A DNA stretch of 64,000 bases from NCBI GenBank assembly GCA_017992195.1, contig JAGOPC010000003.1, forward strand, positions 5,127 through 69,126. Reading direction: 5' to 3'. Below, piece after piece: positions 41,967 to 53,909 of the stretch. The translations under genes were made by a program, and so were the position numbers. How positions within the stretch are numbered: position 1 is the stretch's first letter; each line of letters opens with the position of its first letter. The notes below the pieces were generated by a model. That model was not told the DNA's origin and searched no databases. It worked only from the letters and a program-made list of their open reading frames with translations. Source of the stretch: Patescibacteria group bacterium. GTDB taxonomy: Bacteria > Patescibacteriota > Gracilibacteria > Absconditabacterales > Absconditicoccaceae.

Positions 41967-41967
41967 T

Positions 41968-43221
41968 TTACAATGCTTTGACTGCATCGACGAAATGGTG
42001 GGCACGGTCGAGGTAGTCTTTGAACATGTCGAAGCTGGCACAGCCGGGACTCATGAGGATGATGTTGATTCAGTTTGCTTTTGCATAATCGTAGGCAAGT
42101 TGAACCGCCTGTTCGAGGGTCTCTCATTTAGCATGCTCGATTCCCATCTGTTCTGCGATGGTCGTAAACTGTGGACCGGTAGTTCCGATGAAGACTCAGT
42201 AGCCTATTTTTTGCTTCATTAATTCAGCGAGTGAACTGAAGTTGTCGCCTTTGTCTGATCCACCAGCTATTAAGACAATCGGGCCAGGGAAAGCTTCTAA
42301 GGCGACCCTCAGAGCCTGTGAGCTGGTCGCTTTGTTATCATCATAAAACCTGATGCCTTGTTTCTCAGCGATAAACTCGATCCTATGTGAGAGTGGTTTG
42401 ATGCTCTTCATAACGGCATGAATTGTCTCATCTGCAATGTCGATTCCATAATCAGCAAGCATCGCTTGTACGACGAGGTAGCAGACTTGTAGATTTCACG
42501 AATTATGTCCTCCGACAAACTGTGTCCCCTCGAGAGGATAATCGTTCCCATAAACAGTTAATGGGGCAGTATGATCGAGGGGTAGTCCAAGTTCCTCCAT
42601 CGCATCCAAAACGCCCTTCGTTGTAAAAACATGCATGGTGGTATGCGTGAAAAGTCTGTATTTTGTTGAAGTATAATCTTTCATATCAGTATGTCGATTG
42701 AGATGATCCGGAGAAATATTTGTCCAAACGCTATAATCAAAGAGGAGGTCATTCAATCCGTAGAGGAGGAACGACGAAAGCTCAGTGACGATGATATGCT
42801 TCTCATCGGTCAGGCCGCCATCAATAATATGATTCAAAGTCGTCGCGATAGACTCGTCAAAATTGCCGCTCAGCCGGATGTGATGGCTTGTATTCAACCC
42901 CTTGAGCAGCTCATACAGTACGTAGCAGGTCGTAGACTTCCCATCTGTCCCGGTAACTCCAACGAAATGGAGGTTGCTTCCCCGAGCTTGATTCTTCAGA
43001 AGCTGACCAATGAAATTGAGCTCTGAGATACATTTCGGGCCATATTTCATATAGATCTCGCTATCCGGTTTCATCGCCTGATGAACGATGATCTGTTCTG
43101 CGTTGCTGAATAACTCTTCGTCCCGTTCCTTATAGTCGATCGACTTTGCCTCGACACCAAAATGAGCGAGCAGTTTCTCGAGCGGTTCTCCGATCTTTCA
43201 CTTTCCGAATATAGCGATCAT
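41968..43221 (-). CDS. murD: UDP-N-acetylmuramoylalanine--D-glutamate ligase MurD
   Basis: MIAIFGK-G-KIGEP..., GVTGTDGKSTT, ...ILMSPGCASFDMFKDYLDRAHHF. Pieces 42496..43074 and 42196..42462 plus tails share one frame via five TGA codons (43198-43200, 42496, 42196, 42124-42126, 42070-42072). TAA at 41968. Confidence 0.85.
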
Positions 43222-43350
43222 GGCTTATTTATTAAGCGTGCTAAATATATAAACAGTATAAAAAAACACTCCTACGAGGCAAGCAATAAATAAGGTTGCA
43301 TGCTCCCTCCAGATCAGTACATAGAACTCGTTTAGTATTTATCAAAGCAG

Positions 43351-44016
43351 ATGTGTTTTTCAGCAGAGGCGAGTTTTACAGCAGGAGCAGTCCTGTCGGT
43401 GGTTGGGGTCTATTCACTTATAGTTAATAAAAAACCGAAATATATTCCGCTTGCGATCATACCGTTGTTCTTCGGTGTTCAGCAGCTGGCAGAGGGAGGA
43501 GTGTGGCTTTCTTTGACTCATCAGTGGGAGGTTCGGGCAAAAACGTTCACGTATATTTTTCTATTCTTTTCGCAAATATTCCGGGAGACCCGGGTTCCTT
43601 TTGCATTCCGGCGTGCGGAGGCCCCATGATTGCGTAAGAAATTGCTTTGAGCGCTGACGATCATAGGATCGATAGCCTCTATCTATCTCATATTTAGTGT
43701 GATCGTCTTCGGAGGAGCAGCAACGATAGTTGACCATCATATCGTCTATGATGTGTATCTGGATCCTTCTACTACAGCTATTAAACCGCTTATGACTGTC
43801 TGTTATTTACTCTCTATCCTCGGTGCGCCGTTTATATCGAGTCTCCGTAGGATAAAGATGCTCTGAGTCATCCTTGTCGCGACTGCGATCGTTGCGTATG
43901 TGTCGTACGCCTACTATTTCATCTCTGTCCGGTGCTTCTTTGCAGCTTTGGTGAGTATTTTCCTGGTACATATTCTCTTGTACAATAAGAAAAAAGACGC
44001 AGCGCTCATCAAGTAG
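43351..44016 (+). CDS. Hypothetical polytopic membrane protein
   Basis: ORF 43351..43629 continues through TGA at 43627, 43648 and 43864 to TAG 44014-44016. Four CGG codons lie in hydrophobic context (IF-W-ET-W-VPFAF-W-, ISV-W-CFFAA if CGG=Trp). Confidence 0.5.
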
Positions 44017-44031
44017 CTATTTCATATCTAT

Positions 44032-44061
44032 AAAAAAAGACCCGCCAGACGGGTCTTTTTC
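44032..44061. terminator. Bidirectional terminator
   Basis: A7, stem GACCCG/CGGGTC, then T5. Confidence 0.7.
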
Positions 44062-44074
44062 TTATTATAATCTT

Positions 44075-46585
44075 TTACTCATCATCACTCTCATCTTCTT
44101 TGTCTGCTTTCTTCTCGGCCTTCGTTGCTTCTTTTCTTTCTTCTTTCCACGCTGTGTTTTCTGACTTTTCTTCCCATGGTCTGTAGATGCGTTCGATCGT
44201 TCCGGTAACGATCTTCTCCATCGGAGTGTCCGGCATATCGAGAAGAACCTTATCTGAGTGAACAGTCTTGAGTTCTCCGGTAGTGAGTTTGATCCTGATA
44301 GATCCTTCTACCATCGCGATAGCTCCGGTGATCTTATCTTTTCCGTCAACCTCAGCGACCTGTACCACCTTACCACCGCGCTTACCGAACTGTGACTTAC
44401 CAAATCTCAGATCTTCGAGCGCTACCATCTTTGCAGCGTTCGTACCATTGAGAAGGATGAACGGCTCTGTCTTGTAGATGAACATAGCAGCTGGTGCATC
44501 TGTCGCATCTTCCAATGTGATAGCTTTCACACCTGCAGCAGTCTTACCCATAGGGCGGCATTGCTCTTCAGGGAAGAGCGAGATGTATCCTTTCTGTGAA
44601 AGCACTCCGATCTTATCCTGATCTCTGACTGCTTCTACAGCGATGATCTTTTCTTTGTCGGCAAGTGCCATCACGGTCGTAGGGAACTTCTTGAATGAGA
44701 GGAGTACGTCTTTCTTGATCTTCTTTAAGTTGTTTTGATTTGAAAGGAATACGAGCTCTTTGTAATCGTGGAGCATAGAGCTACAGAATACGATGTTCCC
44801 CTTGAGATTCCGCTGTTCTTTCGGATCGATAGCAGGGGATTTCATATTGTGAGAACCGATATCTTTGAGTCTCTGGATGACGAGCTCTCCCTTGTCGGTG
44901 ATGACAATGAGTTTGTCCTGATTGTGCGTGTAGACGAGCTCGATCGTGTCCTCAGGCAGTACATTCACTCTTGACTGGTAGAGGATTCTAAATGAGTGAT
45001 CCGCTCCGATCCAGAGGATTACGTCCTCCTTCTTTGCATCTTCCTGCTTGAGAAGCTCTTTCATGCTTCCCGCAAGGTTTGCTGAATCGCCACCACCTAC
45101 GAGTTCTGTTCTTCTAGCATCACCGTATGTCTTCTTGATATATTTCATCTCATCAGTAACTACCTTGTCGAGTTTTTTCTTGTCGTTGATGATTCCTTCA
45201 AGGTACTCGATAAGCTCTTTCTTTTCTTTCATTTCATCGATAATCTTCTGGATCTCGAGACCAACCAACGACTGAAGTCTCATCTGGAGGATATACTCAG
45301 CCTGTACATCGGTGAAATCAAACTTCTTACCCATCAATTTCTCCTTTGCCTGTTGCTTATCATCCGAATGTCTAATAGCATAGATTACATCATCAAGGAT
45401 GTCGATCGCGCGCTTCAAACCTTCGAGGATGTGCATTCTATCCTTTGCTTTCCCGAGTTGGAATACTGATCTTCTGTACACTACCTGTCTTCTAAACTCT
45501 ACGAACTCAACGAGCAGATCCTTGATATTCAGCAATCTTGGCTGCATACCTTTCTCCACGAGAGTCACGTTGTTGATGTTGAAGTTTGACTGGAGCTCTG
45601 TGTACTTGAAGATCTTCGTCAGGATCGCATTTGCTTCCACACCTTTTCTGAGCGTGATAGCAACTCTCATCCTTACTCTGTTCGACTCGTCACGGATATC
45701 GGTCACGCCTTCCAGTTTCTTATCAACAGTGAGCTCTCCGATCTTTGCTACGAGCGTAGACTTATTTACCTGATAAGGTATCTCATCGATAACAATAATC
45801 TTTCCATTTTTCCCGTCTTCAATGTGCGTCTTTCCTCTCACGGTAATACCACCTTTCCCGGTTTCATATACTTTCTTAATATTTTCTTTATCATACATCA
45901 AGCCTCCAGTAGGGAAGTCAGGTCCCTGGATGATCTCCATGATCTCATCGATCGTTGCTTCAGCATTTCCCATGAGGAGAAGTGACGCGTCTATAACTTC
46001 AGTAAGATTATGTGGAGCCATATTTGTCGCCATACCGACGGCGATACCCATCGTACCATTACACAAATGGTTTGGAAATTTCGTTGGCATCATGATAGGT
46101 TCCTGGCGCGACTGATCGTAATTTTCTCTTCGGTCAACAGTATCCTGGTCGATATCCTCGAGCATCTCTTCAGCGATCTTTGTCAGTCTTGCTTCCGTAT
46201 ATCTCATCGCAGCAGCCCCGTCTCCATCGATAGAACCGAAGTTACCCTGTCCATCAACAAGCGGATATCTGAGTGAAAATGGCTGAGCAAGTCTTACCAT
46301 AGCGTCGTACACAGACGAGTCTCCATGTGGATGGTACTTTGCAAGCACCTCTCAGACTACAGCCGCAGACTTTCTATATTTGGCATTATGCAAGAGTCCG
46401 ATGTCGTACATAGCATAGAGGATACGTCTGATAACCGGTTTCATACCGTCTCTTGTGTCCGGAAGAGCGCGTGAAACGATCACCGACATCGCATAGTCGA
46501 TATATGATTGAGTGATCTCTTTTTCTATCGAATGAGGAGTTGTCTGATCGAAAATTTCCTTTTGTTCTGGGTTCTTTTCTGCCAT
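44075..46585 (-). CDS. gyrA: DNA gyrase subunit A
   Basis: ORFs 46352..46585 and 44075..46348 share one frame. TGA 46352-46354 gives [18 protein letters not shown] (E. coli: KSARVVGDVIGKYHPHGD). RYTE is the active-site Tyr region. Acidic/Lys-rich tail. Confidence 0.95.
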
Positions 46586-46634
46586 TTGTGCGTATATGAC
46601 CTAATAACTAAAAAACCTGTTGCATAGTCTCTTC

Positions 46635-46662
46635 ACTATAGAGATTTGAGAGGTGTTTGCAA
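46635..46662 (-). promoter_or_regulatory. Predicted promoter TTGCAA-N16-TATAGT upstream of gyrA
   Basis: -35 at 46657-46662 and -10 at 46635-46640 (minus strand). Confidence 0.5.
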
Positions 46663-46783
46663 GTGAGTATAAAGCTGGAAAGTCTCTCATTGGACGGTCA
46701 TTATAAATTGACTTCTACTCGGCATTCTTGTATAGTGCGAGCTAGATATCTCGAGAAAATTTTATCATTTTTTCTCATTAAAA

Positions 46784-47416
46784 ATGGAAGCAAACACACC
46801 CGAGTTTTTTGCTGAGTTATATGCGAAAGGGTCGTACGATGAGCTGATAGAAAAAGGTGAACTCTTTCTGGAAAAGAGTGATTCGGCTGATGTTCGTCAG
46901 TATCTCGTTTTGGCCTATCAGACGAAAGGAGATTTTCTCAAAGCGTTAAAACATAGTCAACTGATCGCTGAACAATCGACAGATGAGATAGACTGGTTTT
47001 CATATGCGGTCAATGCGATCAAAACAAAGCAGATCGACCTTGGTCTGGAGGCATTCGAAAAAGCGCTACGTCTCAATAAAGAACACGCTCCTCAGAAGGA
47101 GAAGGCAGATGTGTGGCGATCGGAAGCCTGGATGTGCTATCGTATCGTGGGAGCCTTATTTGTGGAGGGGGCCTACGAGAAAGCATTTCAGTGGCTGACG
47201 GTTTTGAAGAACGTCTATGCGCAATACAAGATTACTGATACAACCTTTTTGATCATCAGATGAGTGCCGAACTTTGAGCAGTTTATAGAAGCTGCGAGCA
47301 AGATTCTGCCTCATCAAACGAAAGCAGATGCGCTTAAACGGCTTGATGATCTCTATCCGGAGGTCGACGAAGAGGGGCAAAAGGCTATAAAGGAGTTACA
47401 GAAACTCTTCTACTAA
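46784..47416 (+). CDS. Hypothetical helical-repeat (TPR-like) protein
   Basis: ORF 46784..47263 reads through TGA 47261-47263 to TAA 47414-47416. Confidence 0.45.
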
Positions 47417-47442
47417 AAAACTCTCCAACAGGAGAGCTTTTC
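47415..47442. terminator. Bidirectional terminator
   Basis: A6, stem CTCTCC/GGAGAG with loop AACA, then CTTTTC. Confidence 0.6.
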
Positions 47443-47467
47443 TTATCTTATGAAATGAGTATTCTTC

Positions 47468-48031
47468 TTAGAGCTGATTGTATAAGTCGCCAAGTTTTTC
47501 TTCTTTCTCAGCCTCCGCTTTTTGAGAAGCGACGTGAGTTTCTTCTTGTGTGACGACGAGTTTTCGTCTGTTCATTCTGGCTTCGCGCTGAGAGAGGATG
47601 GCTTCTTTTTCTTTCTCGTCCTCGTGGATGAGGATCTGGAGGTTCATCTGTTCTTCGATGTAGATCTCGAAGAGTCTGAGGATCTGGAAGCCCCGGAGTT
47701 CTGAGACTTTCTTGACTACCACCTGGTCTCCGCTTTGTACAGAGATGACGAAGTCAGGAAGCTCTTTTTCGTTTTGCGGATCGAAGACACCATCCGAGCT
47801 GAACGAAGCGGCAACTAACTGGATCAGGACATCCCGATCAAAATCTTCCTTGATCTCTTCAGGAACGAGGTAGGGCATAGGAGGAAACTTATTGACGTAC
47901 TCCTCATACCGGCTCTGATCTTTGATATCTCACTGGATAGGACCGAAAAGTTTTTCGTACTTTTCCACTGTCTCTTTCTTCTCGTCCTTTTCCCTGAGTT
48001 CAGCGACGTATGATTGAAAATCAAAAAGCAT
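47468..48031 (-). CDS. Hypothetical protein (187 aa)
   Basis: ATG at 48031. Joined to ORF 47468..47878 through TGA 47930-47932. Acidic C-terminal coiled coil. Confidence 0.45.
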
Positions 48032-48061
48032 GGTAGTTATTTACGCGATGACAATATAAAA

Positions 48062-48544
48062 TTATTTTACTAACTGTTTTTTCAACTGTTCATAATGCTT
48101 GTGGAGTGCTTTCACTTTTTCTTCAACCTGATATTTCTCATTTACATCGTTCCACTTGCCGGTTAATTTCTCCTGTACGTCACTGAAGCGATCGTGGAGC
48201 ATAGTGCTGAGTTCTTCGGCTTTCTGATGAGCCATATCGTTCGCTTTCTCTTTCCACTCAGCTACTTTCTCTTCGAACTCTGCCAACTTATCTTCGATCA
48301 TCTTTACCTCTTTCTGGAAAAACGATTTTACATCTTCCCGAGTTCCCTCATAGTCGAAACTTTTTACGTCATCTATCATTTCTTTATTCGTATCGAGCCA
48401 GCTATCAAAAAAAGTCTTTACTTTTTTCCCAAAGGTAGGAGCTTTCGCTACACTTTTTTGTAAGTTCTTGTCCTTATACCAAAGAACTGCAGCCTGTCCG
48501 AGCGCAAATCCTACAATTCCCCATTTTAATTTTCTGAGCGTCAT
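48062..48544 (-). CDS. Hypothetical membrane-anchored coiled-coil protein (YtxH-like)
   Basis: N-terminal TM WGIVGFALGQAAVLW followed by long amphipathic helices. 160 aa. Confidence 0.45.
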   Translation of the reverse strand: MTLRKLKWGIVGFALGQAAVLWYKDKNLQKSVAKAPTFGKKVKTFFDSWLDTNKEMIDDVKSFDYEGTREDVKSFFQKEVKMIEDKLAEFEEKVAEWKEKANDMAHQKAEELSTMLHDRFSDVQEKLTGKWNDVNEKYQVEEKVKALHKHYEQLKKQLVK

Positions 48545-48584
48545 GTTCGTTGGGTAAGAAAATAAATCTACCGCTTACAGTAAA

Positions 48585-48612
48585 ATACTATTCAATATAT
48601 CACTATTTGCAA
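48585..48612 (-). promoter_or_regulatory. Predicted promoter TTGCAA-N16-TAGTAT
   Basis: -35 at 48607-48612 and -10 at 48585-48590 (minus strand), upstream of gene 48062..48544. Confidence 0.45.
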
Positions 48613-48617
48613 GTGGA

Positions 48618-49760
48618 TTACAAGACGAACTGTTTGAAGCACTCGTAGAGGATTCCTAAGGAGAAAACGATGATTATGAGGTATGAGAAAAATGTGTTAT
48701 AGGGCAAAATATGTACTTCAGTCTTGCCGTGTTTTCTGTGTAGAATAAGATTCATGGCACCAACAGTGATGCAGATGAAGCCGGTAAAAACGGCTCACGA
48801 AAAGCCAATGGTGCCAATGAAGTTGGTTTGGAGGTAGATATAAGCGATCAGGGGAAGAAGGGTGACCGTCATTCGCGCGTCGAATGTGTGAAAACGGAAC
48901 GATTGTTTTAATGTGTCGATAAAGTGTTCGCCTATAAGTAGGTGAGGAGAGATGATAGCAAGGATCCCTATGAGTCCGCTGAGTTTCATGAGTCGGCCGG
49001 GGAGAAAATGTGTAAGGCCAGAGAGAGCATCTTCTGAGGTTGCGATGCCTGAAACGCCGACCACCGATCGTCATCGCAGTAATACTAAAGACATACAGAT
49101 GATTCCACCGATGATGATAATATAGGGCATATCTTTTTTCTCTCTGTTGAGTACCTCTTCGAGAACAGGAATAACGGTAACGCTATTGAGTGCGTAGATG
49201 AGTACGCCGTAGGGAAGAAATCGTTGCGCTTTATCGCCGAGCAGAAAGTGTTCGGGCGTTCCGACGCCAAATCCGTAACAGATTAAGAAGACCAGCGCGC
49301 CGATAAAAATTGTCACTACTGTTCTTTGGTATTTTTCTATGCCAAGATTTCACTTATAGAGGATCCGGCTTATGACGGCTGTATATATTGCTGCACCGAT
49401 CATGGGATCTAAGGTAAGATGCGGGGCAAGAAAGGTATTGATAAATGCGCCCACGAGCGACGTATAGGCAAAAATAGCGATGAAAAACTGCATACAGGTG
49501 ATGAAGATCCCTAAGAATCCCAGGCGTTTCGGAAAGAGTTTCTGGATCTGACCGGCAAGGCGCAGATGCGGCGGCATGCTGAGTGAGACCTCCGCCTGGA
49601 GCAGATTCAATATGATCAAAATCGCGCCTATAATCACCGTCCAAATCGTTCACTGTAGTACGCCAGCTTGTGCAAACACATAGGGGACCCCAAAAAGTCC
49701 GGCGCCGATGGTGCCTCCGATAACAGTCGTTAAACCAAGTCGACCTCTTTTTGTTACCAT
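48618..49760 (-). CDS. Amino-acid transporter-family membrane protein
   Basis: ATG at 49760. Pieces 49350..49637, 49071..49316 and 48795..49064 plus a tail share one frame through four TGA codons. N-terminus ...TTVIGGTIGAGLFGVPYVFAQAG is typical of amino-acid permeases. TAA at 48618. Confidence 0.55.
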
Positions 49761-49781
49761 ACCTTATATTTCAAATGGGAT

Positions 49782-52700
49782 TTAATACGACAGTAAGCTG
49801 CGAAGTCTTTCTATTCACATGGGATTCAACTGTCTTTCGATGTTTCCGATCTTCACCGTGTGTTCTCCTGGGTGATCTTTGATAACCTGTGCGATCGACT
49901 GAAACAGTCATGGGTTGTCGGGCAGCGCAAAGTGGAGCGGTCCGCCGATCTCTTCGTTGTTCATGTCGCTTGTTCCAATATTGCTTCATGAGGATTTCTC
50001 ATTATTTCAGCCTGTATCTGTATCTGAATCCTCATCTTCTTCGCTCAGTCCATCCGGGATCTTTTCAGTAAGCTCGATCTTGATCACCTCACCGGTTTCA
50101 GTATCGACAAGTTCGTCTTCGATGTCGGTTCCCATACTCAAAATATTCATTCAAAGTCTTGTCACCTTCACTTCACTTACTGACTCATCATTGTACTTAT
50201 TGGCTTTCTTCGCGTCTTCAACAACTTTCTCCAGAGAGGTCTTGACGATCTTGCTGACTTTAAGGGACTTATTTTTCCATCCTTCTATAATCAAAATATC
50301 AAACTTCTGAATATCCAGGGTCTCCTTCATAAATATTTCTATCTCGTCCGAGATATCTTCCACCGCCATAAAAAATCATTTCTTTTTTGCTCTCTGGATG
50401 TTCTTCACGTAGCAGAGGATTTTCACATTTCCAAATGGTTGCTCTTTATCGTAGTTCTTGAACATGCTGATCAATGAGAACGATCACTTGATGAACGGAT
50501 AGAGACCGTCAAATGGGTGACCTGAGACGAAGGTCTTGAAGACCTCGTATTCAGTCAGCAATCTTTCCATCTTAGAACTCTCTTCTGTTTTGTCCAGAGT
50601 GAGCGCGGGCTTGACCGCAGCCATGGCGAACAGGCTGTTTGCTGAGCTTTCCGCATTCGACATTTTGGTCCGGTCGATGATGCGGGACACATTATGCAAG
50701 ATCGTTTTACGATCCATGAAACCGTTGAATGCTCACGCTTTGGCAAGAGACTCGAGGGTCTTTTTGTTGATGATAGTTTGGCATCTTGTAAGAAAATCTT
50801 CGAGTGAAGTGTATGGTCAGTTTTTGCTTCTTTCGGTTTCGATGAGTTCGCTCACATCAGCACCGACTCCTTTAATACACTGGAAGCCGAGTCTGATAGT
50901 ATCGTCGACCGCGGCCACGTGCGAAAATGATTCGTTCACATGGGGAGGAAGAACCTTGTATCACTGGAGTTTTAATTCGTTAATGAATTTACTGAGTTTC
51001 TCAGTGTCTTCTTCCACAGACCTTAACAGCGCCGCATTAAACTCGATAGGGTAGTTCGCTTTGAGGTACGCTGTCTGATACGAGAGCATTCCATAGGTGA
51101 CTGAATGGGATTTGTTGAACGAGTAGAACGCTGCAGGTTCGATCATCTTCTCGTAGACCCACGTTGAGGTCTCCGCCTTGTACTCTCTGAAGGTAGCAGC
51201 CTTTTCGATGAACTGTCATTTGATCTGTTCGATGACCTCTTTAATTTTCTTTCCGATACCACGTCTGAGATTGTCCGCTTCGGCGAGCGAGAATCCGGCC
51301 ATCGCCTGTACGAGGAACATCAGCTGCTCCTGGTAGACGGCGATACCATACGTCAGTCCCAGGATCGGATCGAGATCCTCTCTGAGTTTTCTTTTTTCAT
51401 CTTCCGCTGTCGCCTCATCGTACTTCGCAACTAATATTTGATAGAGCTCCGGCAGCATATATTCGATCGCCTCCTTGCCGTGCTTTCTGTCGATATATCT
51501 CGGAATGAACTCCATCGGTCCTGGACGGTAGAGCGCACCCATCGCTATGATATCGTTCACATTATTCGGTTTCAGTTTTACCAAGAAATTTCTAATACCA
51601 TCTCCTTCAAACTGAAATACTCCTGATGTATCTCCCTTCTGTAAAACTCTTTCAAAAGTGTTCTTGTCGTCGAGCGCTGGTTCAAACACCATCGTCGCAA
51701 AATAGTCGGCAAACAGTTTTGGCAATTTCTTTCCTGACTTGGCATATTTTGCTCTCACGATCTTCATCGTGTTCTTGATGAGCGTTAGCGTCCTAAGTCC
51801 CAGAAAGTCCATCTTCAGAAGACCGATATCTTCGAGATCGTGTCATTCATATTGCGTCACCAGCTCCTTATGCACTTCTTCAGCGCCGGCTTTCCCTTGC
51901 GGCTTAGGCGGATGCTGCACAGGAGTATAGTGTGTAATTACTTCAGGAGCGATGATGATTCCACACGCATGGACGCCAGTTCCTCTCACTGTTCCTTCAA
52001 GCTTGATCGCCTCATCAAATGTCTTTTTGAGGATCGGATCGTTCTCATAAAGGTTGCGTAAATCTTCAGTCGCCTTCATAGACTCTTCGATACTTTTTTC
52101 GTTGATGAGCGAAGCGATAAAGTTCGACCTGTCGAACGGTATACCCATGGTTCTCGCAACGTCCTTGAATGCAGCACGCGCAGCCATGGTCATATAAGTC
52201 CCTACGTGGGCAACTTTATCTTTTCCATATTTCAGCGATACATATTCAACTACTTTATCTCTCTGTACATCTTCAAAGTCGACGTCGATATCGGGCATCG
52301 ATACACGGGCAGGATTCAAGAATCTTTCAAATAGCAGGCCGTATGGAAACGGATCCACATCCGTAATGCGCACAAAATACGCCATCAGCGAACCAGCAAC
52401 CGAACCACGTCCTGGCCCCACCGCGATATTGTTCGCTTTCGACCGGTTGATGAAATCCTGTACGATCAGGAAGTAGGTATTATAACCCATCTCTTTCACC
52501 ACCTTCAACTCGTACTCCAGACGCTCAATATAGTCAGCCACAGAGATCTCACCGTGCATCACATTCTTGTTATTTTCAATCAATTTCTTCTTGGTATCTG
52601 TATATGTTAATGTCGTGATCTCCTTCAACTCTGCAGGCGTCGTCTCCGTCAACTTTTTCGTCAATTGCCCCTGATCCGTAATCTGCACCATCCTCAAAAT

Positions 52701-52787
52701 ATCCTCGTCGGACCATCTATCCAGATCGAGTCTTCTCTTCATTCCTGTATACGACAAATAGCGCAGCTCAAACTCAAAAATATCCAT
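49782..52787 (-). CDS. dnaE: DNA polymerase III alpha subunit, C-terminal fragment (palm/thumb/fingers, HhH, OB; about 1001 aa)
   Basis: Starts MDIFEFELRYLSYTGMKRRL. An in-frame TAA at 52818-52820 lies upstream. Pieces 51843..52787, 51216..51812, 50961..51146, 50484..50717 and 50151..50369 plus a tail share one frame. AVGPGRGSVAGS, SMPDIDVDF, FDFLGLRTLT-type block, NKSHS. TAA at 49782. Confidence 0.9.
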
Positions 52788-52820
52788 TCAACGTTTCCAA
52801 ATTACATTAAACAAAAATTA

Positions 52821-52853
52821 TGACGGACTTAACTAGGATTTATTGACGGACTT
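52821..52853 (-). repeat. Two perfect 10-bp direct repeats TGACGGACTT (23-bp period) upstream of dnaE-C
   Basis: Copies at 52821-52830 and 52844-52853, 34-66 nt upstream of the dnaE-C ATG. Confidence 0.5.
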
Positions 52854-52907
52854 TGTTTTGGTTTGGCCCCTTTATAAAAAAATGATAATGGAAGTCTATG
52901 GATAAAT

Positions 52908-52932
52908 AAAAAAATCTCCCGAAAAGAGAGAT
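52908..52932 (-). terminator. Intrinsic terminator of gene 52952..53734
   Basis: On the minus transcript: stem AUCUCUC/GGGAGAU, loop UUUUC, then U7. Confidence 0.65.
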
Positions 52933-52951
52933 TTGTTATGAGAGAGGTTGG

Positions 52952-53734
52952 TTATTTCGTTTGTAGTTCACTTTCTTTAATATCTATCTCGCTGTAGTCA
53001 TGAGTAGATTGTACTCTCTGTCCGTTAGTCGCTGATCGTGTTGCTCGTGTGCTCAATCCATTGTTTATTTTAAGATACAGAGATCCGTCTGAAGAAATCC
53101 CTCATCTTGAATAGAGAAGAAGGTTAATCTGCTGTTGTTCATTAGTAGGAAGTGTTTCAATGTGATCTATATATACATATGCTCTTTTTCAGCTCTCTTT
53201 GAGTATCTTTCCCATGACGCGTACAGCGACATCTATTTCAAATTTCTTAACAGTCTTTTTTTGATCATCATTCTCATACTTTTGAAGTAACTGATCAAAC
53301 ATCGCATAATAATGAGGTAGTATATCTCCTGATATCGTTTTAAGTTGAGCTTTCTGGTCGTCATCAAGCATGCTTGATTGCGCAATAACTTTCCTCACTA
53401 TCTCATCAGCGTTCTCAGGTTTCTGTCTTCCTAGAAGTTGCTCCATAAGGAAGAACATGATTTCTTTCTCTCCTTTGATAGAACAGTCAGCGTAGACGAT
53501 AGGCGATATATCTGTTAATGCGCCTTGAAGTTGTTGCTGATAATTATTCACCATCACTTTAGAGATTGTTTTTTCGAGGATATCTAAATTGCCTGGCTGT
53601 CGAGGCACTTTGCTATTATCAATGCTTCCTCCGGTATACTTGCCGTATTCATATCTTGGGCCAATCATCGTACACGTCTGATAGGGCAGTACGAGTCATA
53701 CGTGAATTTCAGCGGCTGAGGGTTTATTGTTCAT
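52952..53734 (-). CDS. Hypothetical protein (260 aa)
   Basis: ATG at 53734. ORF 53189..53668 is extended on both sides through TGA at 53696, 53189 and 53102. TAA at 52952-52954. Confidence 0.45.
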
Positions 53735-53841
53735 AAGAAAGGAGGGAATAATATAAGGCAATCAATAAAGGATTTTATACTTATTCCAGATGAGAAGTCA
53801 ATTAAGTATTGTGGTTCCGGAGAATGGCTAGTGTCATCATC

Positions 53842-53869
53842 TTGAAATCACATCTCCGTTTCCTATAGT
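53842..53869 (+). promoter_or_regulatory. Predicted promoter TTGAAA-N16-TATAGT upstream of gyrB
   Basis: -35 at 53842-53847, -10 at 53864-53869, ATG at 53910. Confidence 0.5.
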
Positions 53870-53909
53870 GGGGCATAAACGACTTTATTTTTGAAATAGA
53901 ATACGACAT

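Noticed and set aside
49771-49989. 72-aa Arg-rich minus-strand ORF at the end of dnaE-C.
   Set aside because: It is out of frame with the dnaE-C tail. The dnaE-C tail continues through TGA codons to TAA 49782-49784 and accounts for this region.
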